From: Breznakia blatticola
Lineage (GTDB): Bacteria; Bacillota_I; Bacilli_A; Erysipelotrichales; Erysipelotrichaceae
Assembly (NCBI RefSeq): GCF_004365815.1
Contig: NZ_SODD01000008.1
Location: 30,001-62,000, forward strand
Length of the DNA stretch: 32,000 nt
Direction: 5' to 3'
The notes under the pieces: model-generated
What the model was told of the DNA's origin: nothing
Databases searched by the model: none
What the model saw: only the letters and a program-made list of their open reading frames with translations
Made by a program: the position numbers and the translations under genes
Shown here: positions 26,548 to 32,000 of the stretch, piece after piece
How the letters are laid out: each line of letters begins with the position of its first letter
How positions within the stretch are numbered: position 1 is the first letter of the stretch

Positions 26548-27261
26548 ATGGAGTTTGTGAAACGAAATAAAATTTTTGTTGCACTTGCATCAGTGCTTTT
26601 GCTATTGATTGCAATATTGACTTATGAGTTTGTTCAGCCAAGTAACACCCCAAACACGGTTGTTGCAGGAAATGATAGTGAGAAAACTACTAGTATTTCT
26701 AATTTCTCGTTAAAGTTGACTTCTGCAAACGACTTAACGTTTCATTGGGAAATAAATCAAGGTAGTGAAACAATTTCAAAGATTGAGATTTTTCATGATA
26801 CAACCTTACTAAAAGATGTCACTAGCCAAGCAGTTTACTCAACTCCACTATTTCAAAGTGGAATTAAAACAGGAAATAATGAGTTTACGATAAAAGTAAC
26901 GTTAGGAAATGGGAAAGTACTAGAAAAACGTTTGTATCGTTATATCGATGAGGTATTGAGTTTCAAGGAGGAACATCGACTTGAAGGGACTACTTTATAT
27001 ATGGAAACTACATATTATGTGCAAAAAGATCAAAAACCACGCACACCTATGGTTTCTTATACGCTAAATCAAAAGGGAGTTATTCCATTTGAGTATGTGA
27101 AAAGTGAAACCGTAAAAGTTGAAGGTGATTACCAACAACAAAAAGATTATTATACATTTGATCTGTCTCAAGTGAATTCAGGAACATATGTGTTTTATTT
27201 GAATTTCAATTATAATGAGTTCAATTTAATGTTTAAACGTACAATCAGTGTAGACATATAA
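26548..27261 (+). CDS. hypothetical N-terminally anchored, beta-rich extracytoplasmic protein
   Basis: MEFVKRNKIFVALASVLLLLIAIL is a signal/anchor. AGGAG RBS and a TGgTATAAT promoter (26517-26525) are present. I recognise no family. Confidence 0.7.
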   Translation: MEFVKRNKIFVALASVLLLLIAILTYEFVQPSNTPNTVVAGNDSEKTTSISNFSLKLTSANDLTFHWEINQGSETISKIEIFHDTTLLKDVTSQAVYSTPLFQSGIKTGNNEFTIKVTLGNGKVLEKRLYRYIDEVLSFKEEHRLEGTTLYMETTYYVQKDQKPRTPMVSYTLNQKGVIPFEYVKSETVKVEGDYQQQKDYYTFDLSQVNSGTYVFYLNFNYNEFNLMFKRTISVDI

Positions 27262-27290
27262 AAAGCCTCGCAATCAAGCGAGGCTTTTTA
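27261..27290. terminator. bidirectional terminator between convergent genes
   Basis: AAAAAGCCTCGC-aatcaa-GCGAGGCTTTTT. Confidence 0.85.
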
Positions 27291-27301
27291 TATATCTAAG
27301 A

Positions 27302-29401
27302 CTAATCTGCTACTGAGTATAATAAATCTCCATATGATGGGAATGGCCAGTATTCTTTAGAACAGTTTTGTTCGATTTCATCAACCACTGCACGTAAGTC
27401 TACCATTTTTGCTAATACACTTTCACCATAGTATGTCGCGTTTTTAATGTTATCGCTAATGCCGTTTGCGGCAACAATATCATCTGCTAATAACTCAGTT
27501 TTTGTGTATACTTCATGGATTAACTTGTTTAGTTTTTTAATCATAGCTTCTTCGGTAATGCAATCTAAATCAGCAACAATTGATTTTTTTACAGCGACAG
27601 TTTCACTTAAGTCCTTAATGTATTTTAAGACGGAAGGGATAATGTTTTTCTTTGCCATATTTACCATTGTTTCTGCTTCAATATTGATTGCTTTTGAGTA
27701 TTCTTCAATCAATACATCCATACGAGCTTTCATTTCATTGACAGTATAGATATGATTTGAAGTAAATAGTTCTACATTTTTAGCATCCATATAGTGAGGA
27801 AGTGCTTCATATGTAGTGCGTAAGTTTAATAGTCCACGATTTTGTGCTTCAACTACCCAACTATCATCATATCCATTTCCATTAAAGATGATGCGCTTGT
27901 GTTTTGTGAATGTTTCTTTGATTAAATCATGTAAATCTTTTTGAAGATCACTAGATGCTTCTAAGCGGTCTGCAAATTCTTTAAATGCTTGTGCAACAAT
28001 CGTATTTAACATAATGTTTGGACAAGAAATAGATAGTTGAGAACCAAGCATACGGAACTCGAATTTATTCCCTGTAAAGGCAAAAGGGGAAGTACGGTTA
28101 CGATCCGTATTGTCTTTTTTAAATTCTGGTAGTGAGTCAACACCAATTTCGATCTTTCCAGCACTGTGGTTACATTGAGGCTTATCTTCAATGATACATT
28201 CAATGATGGCTTCTAAATCTGTACCTGTGAAAATTGAGATAATTGCAGGAGGTGCTTCTTGTGCCCCTAAACGGTGATCGTTTCCAGCACTTGCAACTGA
28301 GATACGCAATAAATCTTGGTTTTCATCAACTGCTTTAACTAAAGCTGCAAGAACCAACAAGAATTGTGCATTTTCTTCAGGTGTTGCACCTGGCTCTAAT
28401 AAGTTTTCACCTTGATCAGTAGCCATTGACCAGTTGTTGTGCTTTCCTGAACCATTTATCCCTGCGAATGGTTTCTCGTGAAGTAGACAAACAAGTCCGT
28501 GACGAAGTGCCACTTTCTTCATAATTTCCATTGTTAGTTGGTTTTGGTCTGTAGCAACATTGGTAAGCGTGAAGATTGGTGCAAGCTCATGTTGAGCAGG
28601 AGCAACTTCGTTGTGTTGCGTTTTGGCAAGAACACCAAGTTTCCATAATTCAACGTTTAAGTCATCCATAAAACGAGCAACTTTTGGTTTTAATACACCA
28701 AAGTAATGGTCATCAAGTTCTTGTGTTTTTGGGGGACGAGCTCCATATAAGGTGCGTCCTGTATAAATTAAATCTTTACGTTTATCCCATAGATTTTTAT
28801 CAATAAGGAAGTATTCTTGTTCAGCACCAACGGTTGTATTCACTCGTTTTACATCGGTTTTGCCAAAAAGTTTAAGAATACGTAACGCTTGACGATTCAG
28901 TAATTCTTGTGATTTCAGTAATGGTGTTTTCTTATCTAGTGATTCTCCATTGTATGACATGAACACACTAGGAATACAAAGAATTCCTTCTTTGATAAAC
29001 ACACATGAGGTTGGATCCCAACCTGTGTATCCACGAGCTTCATATGTATCACGTAGTCCACCATTTGGGAAACTTGAAGCATCAGGTTCACCCTTGATTA
29101 ATTCCTTACCAGAAAATTCCATAATGATACTACCATCTCCACTAGGGGTAATGAATGCATCGTGTTTTTCTGCTGTAATTCCTGTCATTGGTTGGAACCA
29201 GTGTGTGTAATGCGTTGCACCATTTTCAATTGCCCAGTCTTTCATGGCAGTTGCAATCGTACTCGCACATTCTGGATCAAGCGGTTTTCCTTCTTCAATC
29301 GTTGCTTTATATTTCTTGTAAATGTCTTTAGGCAGTTTTGCCTTCATACAACGATCGTCGAAAACCTTCGATCCGAAAATCTCAGTAACGTTAGTTCTCA
29401 T
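27302..29401 (-). CDS. glnN: type III glutamine synthetase
   Basis: 699 aa with a GSIII-type N-terminus (FGSKVFDD..MK..LPKD.YK). The catalytic motifs are intact: EQEYF, HNEVAPAQHELA, NGSGKHNNWS. AGGAGGAG RBS. Confidence 0.9.
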   Translation of the reverse strand: MRTNVTEIFGSKVFDDRCMKAKLPKDIYKKYKATIEEGKPLDPECASTIATAMKDWAIENGATHYTHWFQPMTGITAEKHDAFITPSGDGSIIMEFSGKELIKGEPDASSFPNGGLRDTYEARGYTGWDPTSCVFIKEGILCIPSVFMSYNGESLDKKTPLLKSQELLNRQALRILKLFGKTDVKRVNTTVGAEQEYFLIDKNLWDKRKDLIYTGRTLYGARPPKTQELDDHYFGVLKPKVARFMDDLNVELWKLGVLAKTQHNEVAPAQHELAPIFTLTNVATDQNQLTMEIMKKVALRHGLVCLLHEKPFAGINGSGKHNNWSMATDQGENLLEPGATPEENAQFLLVLAALVKAVDENQDLLRISVASAGNDHRLGAQEAPPAIISIFTGTDLEAIIECIIEDKPQCNHSAGKIEIGVDSLPEFKKDNTDRNRTSPFAFTGNKFEFRMLGSQLSISCPNIMLNTIVAQAFKEFADRLEASSDLQKDLHDLIKETFTKHKRIIFNGNGYDDSWVVEAQNRGLLNLRTTYEALPHYMDAKNVELFTSNHIYTVNEMKARMDVLIEEYSKAINIEAETMVNMAKKNIIPSVLKYIKDLSETVAVKKSIVADLDCITEEAMIKKLNKLIHEVYTKTELLADDIVAANGISDNIKNATYYGESVLAKMVDLRAVVDEIEQNCSKEYWPFPSYGDLLYSVAD

Positions 29402-29414
29402 AGTTCTCCTCCTG

Positions 29415-29460
29415 AATAAACAAAAAGGGTGCCGTAGACAAAAATATATCTACAGCACCC
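29415..29460 (-). terminator. leader (attenuator) terminator directly upstream of the glnN RBS
   Basis: On the - strand, GGGTGCTGTAGA-tatatttttg-TCTACGGCACCC (12 bp, one G-U pair) is followed by TTTTTGTTTATT. AGGAGGAG and the ATG come straight after. No promoter can fit between the hairpin and the RBS. Confidence 0.75.
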
Positions 29461-29467
29461 TTGCTGT
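29452..29467 (-). promoter_or_regulatory. candidate antiterminator hairpin ACAGC-AAGGGT-GCTGT overlapping the terminator 5' arm
   Basis: A 5-bp stem with a hexaloop that has A at position 1 and G at position 4, the ANTAR-target loop signature. It sequesters 9 of the 12 nt of the terminator 5' arm. I found only one such hairpin, not the canonical tandem pair. Confidence 0.35.
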
Positions 29468-29474
29468 TACCATG

Positions 29475-29503
29475 AGTTTAATCAATAATTACGTATAAGT
29501 CAA
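29475..29503 (-). promoter_or_regulatory. candidate glnN promoter (TTGACT-17-TAAACT)
   Basis: Read on the - strand. The predicted start is near 29468, right at the hexaloop hairpin. Confidence 0.45.
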
Positions 29504-29505
29504 GG

Positions 29506-29598
29506 TTAATTTGAATCTTTTTTACCAATATCACTTACTTTGATTGCAATGTAAAGTAACAACATCAGTTGAATAACATCATAGATAAATTTGTACAT
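29506..29598 (-). CDS. candidate 30-aa hydrophobic peptide MYKFIYDVIQLMLLLYIAIKVSDIGKKDSN
   Basis: AAAGGAG RBS lies 7 nt upstream of the ATG. It has a single TM-like core and a charged C-terminus. A possible TTAACT-17-TACACT promoter lies upstream. It is too short for the ORF track. Confidence 0.3.
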   Translation of the reverse strand: MYKFIYDVIQLMLLLYIAIKVSDIGKKDSN

Positions 29599-29803
29599 GA
29601 TAAGCTCCTTTCATTTACTCATATGATTGTGTTTCTAATACAAGTGTAGCACATACATATAAAAGAGTTAACCCTACAGGATTCCTTGATAGAAGAGCTA
29701 GATGTAAAGTATATGTAAATTACAAACAATTTTTAGTAATCTATTTTGCATAATGTAAAAAGTGTGATATGAATAGAAAGAGTTACAAGTATGAAATCTT
29801 TTA

Positions 29804-29832
29804 TTGACAGGAATTTAGTTGTAAACTATAAT
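29804..29832 (+). promoter_or_regulatory. promoter of the GS-like/ANTAR operon (TTGACA-17-TATAAT)
   Basis: Perfect consensus hexamers and spacing. The leader is short (~26 nt) with no attenuator. Confidence 0.75.
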
Positions 29833-29864
29833 CATAAAATAGATTTTGAAGAAGGAGCGTGACT

Positions 29865-31133
29865 ATGGAGCTACAAGATATTTTGCAATACATTCAACAG
29901 CATCATGTGAAATTTGTGCGACTCGCTTTTTGCGACATTTTTGGAACCCTCAAAAATCTCTCAATTAATGCAGAAGACTTCGAAGATGCAACAACATTTG
30001 GAGTTAACTTGGATGCTTCTATAGTTAACGGTTTTATGAACTTCAAAAAAACGGATTTACTCTTGTTTCCTGATTTGGAAACCATGACAGTACTGCCTTG
30101 GCGCAGCAATCATGAGAAAGTTGTTCGTTTTTTTTGTGATATTCGTCATGTGGATCACCGTCCATTTGAAGGTGATGGTCGTTATATTTTAAAGCAAGCG
30201 ATGGAAGCTTGCGAAGCTTATGGATATACACCACGAATTGGAATTGAAAGTGAGTTTTATGTTTTTAAAAATGATGAAGATGGAAAACCGACAAATCTTC
30301 CAGTCGATGATGCATCGTATTTAGATGTAACACCACTTGATAAGTGTGAAAATATTCGTCGTGATGTATGTTTGGCTCTTGGTGAAATGGGGGTAAAAAC
30401 GACTCTTTCCTACCATGAAAAAGGTCCGGGACAAAATGTTATTATGTTTCAAAAAGACCATGCACTACCGAGTGCTGACAATTTTATCACTTTTAAAAAT
30501 GCGGTAAAAAGCATTGCGTTGGTAAATGATTTGTATGCAAGTTTTATGCCACGTCCAATGGCAAATGAGGCTGGTAGTGGACTTCGTATTAAAGTGATTT
30601 TAAGTAAAAATGATCGGAATATTTTTGATGATGAATTTGAAGTTAATATTCAAGAACAAAGAAGTTTCATCGCTGGAATATTAAATCGAATTGATGATAT
30701 GAGTGCATTTTTAAATCCAATACATAATTCATATGAACGTTTAGGACGTGAAAAAGCACCAAAATACATAACGTGGTCAAAAGAAAATGAAAGTGAATTA
30801 ATTCGTGTTAGTGAGAAAAATGATGAGTATTCATTTATTACACTACGTTCACCTGATGCAGCATGCAATCCATATATTAGCTTTGCTTTATTGTTGTTTG
30901 CTGGAGTTGAAGGAATGAAAAATCATGAAGAACTTCATGAAAATACAAAAAGTCCAAGAATGCTACCAGATAGCTTGAAAGAAGCAATTAAAAAACTGGA
31001 GACATCAACGTTTATAAAAACGTATTTAAATGAGAAAACACTTGAGACATTTATTCGTGCCAAAAAAGAAGAAGTAGAACAAATTGATAAAGAAGCTTCT
31101 TTTGCCTTGGATCCATACTTCCGCCTAATTTAG
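29865..31133 (+). CDS. type I glutamine synthetase-like protein with degenerate catalytic motifs (probable pseudoenzyme)
   Basis: It has a clear GSI fold (VRLAFCDIFGTLKN, PFEGD, IESEFYVF, SFMPRP, NSYERL, RSPDAACNPY). Several motifs differ from the consensus. HHEVAPGQHE reads YHEKGPGQNV. GSGMH reads GSGLR. NRS.LIRIP reads NESELIRVS. VEVR reads ITLR. I prefer the ATG at 29865 (GGAG 7 nt upstream) over the GTG at 29859. Confidence 0.8.
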   Translation: MELQDILQYIQQHHVKFVRLAFCDIFGTLKNLSINAEDFEDATTFGVNLDASIVNGFMNFKKTDLLLFPDLETMTVLPWRSNHEKVVRFFCDIRHVDHRPFEGDGRYILKQAMEACEAYGYTPRIGIESEFYVFKNDEDGKPTNLPVDDASYLDVTPLDKCENIRRDVCLALGEMGVKTTLSYHEKGPGQNVIMFQKDHALPSADNFITFKNAVKSIALVNDLYASFMPRPMANEAGSGLRIKVILSKNDRNIFDDEFEVNIQEQRSFIAGILNRIDDMSAFLNPIHNSYERLGREKAPKYITWSKENESELIRVSEKNDEYSFITLRSPDAACNPYISFALLLFAGVEGMKNHEELHENTKSPRMLPDSLKEAIKKLETSTFIKTYLNEKTLETFIRAKKEEVEQIDKEASFALDPYFRLI

Positions 31134-31149
31134 TAGGAGTGGATACAGT

Positions 31150-31716
31150 ATGCCAAGTTGTTTAATTGTATCGAGTTTGGATAAAAGTTTAGATGCACTG
31201 ACTAAACTTTTATCAAGTATCGATTTAAAGAAAATAGAATGTGTAAAAAGTGCAACAGAAGCAAGACAGGTTCTGGCAAAACAAGCATTTGATATGGTGT
31301 TGATTAATGCTCCATTATCAGATGAATTCGGACATGAATTGACATTACAAATTACCGAAAACTCTACAAGTGGTGTCCTTTTTCTGGTGAAAAATGAACT
31401 GGTTGATGAACTGAGTAGCAAACTAACAAGACATGGCGTGATGGTTATTGGAAAACCGTTGAATCGTCATATGTTTACACAAGCGGTTCGTATGGGATTA
31501 TCCACACATCAACGCTTGTCACAAGCAGAAAAAGAAAATTTGCGATTACATGCCAAAGTGGAAAATTTAGAATTGATCAGTCGTGCAAAATACACACTGA
31601 TGGAGTATTTAAATATGGGAGAAGCGCAAGCACATCGTTATATAGAAAAGAAAGCGATGGATGCTAGAATTTCCAAAGAAGAAGTTGCGAAAGATATATT
31701 AAAAACATATGGTTAG
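31150..31716 (+). CDS. ANTAR-domain RNA-binding antiterminator with pseudo-receiver N-terminal domain
   Basis: The C-terminal ANTAR helices are [43 protein letters not shown]. The N-terminal REC-like fold has LIVSSLD where the acidic pair is expected. It has MVLINAP where the phospho-acceptor Asp is expected (Asn instead). The conserved Lys (GKP) is retained. Confidence 0.85.
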   Translation: MPSCLIVSSLDKSLDALTKLLSSIDLKKIECVKSATEARQVLAKQAFDMVLINAPLSDEFGHELTLQITENSTSGVLFLVKNELVDELSSKLTRHGVMVIGKPLNRHMFTQAVRMGLSTHQRLSQAEKENLRLHAKVENLELISRAKYTLMEYLNMGEAQAHRYIEKKAMDARISKEEVAKDILKTYG

Positions 31717-31727
31717 AAGGAGTTAAG

Positions 31728-32000
31728 ATGAGAAAATACATATTTGTTACCGGTGGAGTAGTAAGTGGATTAGGTAAAGGGATAACCGCAGCAAGTTTAG
31801 GACGTATGTTGAAAGAACGTGGGTTGAAAGTCATCGCACAAAAGATGGATCCATATATCAATGTGGATTGTGGAACCATGTCACCATACCAACATGGGGA
31901 AGTGTTTGTTACCGATGATGGTGCTGAAACCGATTTGGATTTAGGACACTATGAACGTTTTATCGATGAAGATCTGAATCGATTTTCGAATCTAACAAGT
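31728..32000 (+). CDS. pyrG: CTP synthase, 3' end cut by window edge
   Basis: It is not in the ORF track because no stop lies in the window. Translation gives [67 protein letters not shown], the canonical PyrG N-terminus. AAGGAG RBS, 11 nt after the ANTAR stop. Confidence 0.9.
   Translation, partial: MRKYIFVTGGVVSGLGKGITAASLGRMLKERGLKVIAQKMDPYINVDCGTMSPYQHGEVFVTDDGAETDLDLGHYERFIDEDLNRFSNLTS

Noticed and set aside
29465-29481. GlnR/TnrA-type operator (TGTNA-N7-TNACA) overlapping the glnN -10.
   Set aside because: Only the right half-site (TAACA) matches. The left half reads TTAAA. This is not enough to call.
1-32000. CRISPR arrays, defence islands, prophage or transposon remnants.
   Set aside because: No repeat-spacer periodicity is visible. 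I found no nuclease, helicase, ATPase or reverse-transcriptase ORFs, and no transposase, integrase or terminal inverted repeats. The only dense repeats are the TAGGAA cluster and the in-frame ankyrin repeats.

Overview
Low-GC Bacillota-type chromosomal window. The gene content looks like Erysipelotrichia or Clostridia gut Firmicutes, but that taxon call is a guess. Most genes are on the + strand and are housekeeping. They include the distal his operon (hisC' BHAFIE plus a PHP histidinol phosphatase), a HAD phosphatase, a methyltransferase, a lipoprotein, a GNAT, an aldo-keto reductase, a nitroreductase and a large U32 peptidase. Further along are an ankyrin-repeat protein with an EF-G paralog, a stand-alone tRNA-His, and a LytTR regulator with a membrane partner. 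The rest are pncA-pncB, TetR with oleate hydratase, an alpha/beta hydrolase, T-box-controlled metNIQ, a type III glutamine synthetase (glnN), a divergent GS-like/ANTAR/pyrG' operon, and several hypothetical proteins. I found no mobile elements, CRISPR arrays, integrases or recognisable defence genes. Four loci deserve a second look. (1) The glutamine-synthetase locus, my best candidate for an undescribed system. glnN can only be transcribed through a strong intrinsic terminator lying between its promoter and its RBS. The divergent operon encodes a GS paralog whose metal-ligand motifs look degenerate, followed by an ANTAR antiterminator with a pseudo-receiver domain. This suggests a sensor/antiterminator pair analogous to AmiC-AmiR and NasS-NasT. 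(2) A 450-bp gene-free region (17.0-17.44 kb) holds two consensus promoter-terminator units. It carries eight copies of the hexamer TAGGAA/TTCCTA, and the second transcript would be complementary to two segments of the first. (3) A short leader ORF whose stop codon abuts a terminator, lying ahead of an ankyrin-repeat gene that sits close to an EF-G paralog with Tyr in place of the catalytic His. (4) A LytTR/membrane-protein pair preceded by a perfect tandem 11-mer. All functional calls come from by-eye motif recognition. No searches were run.
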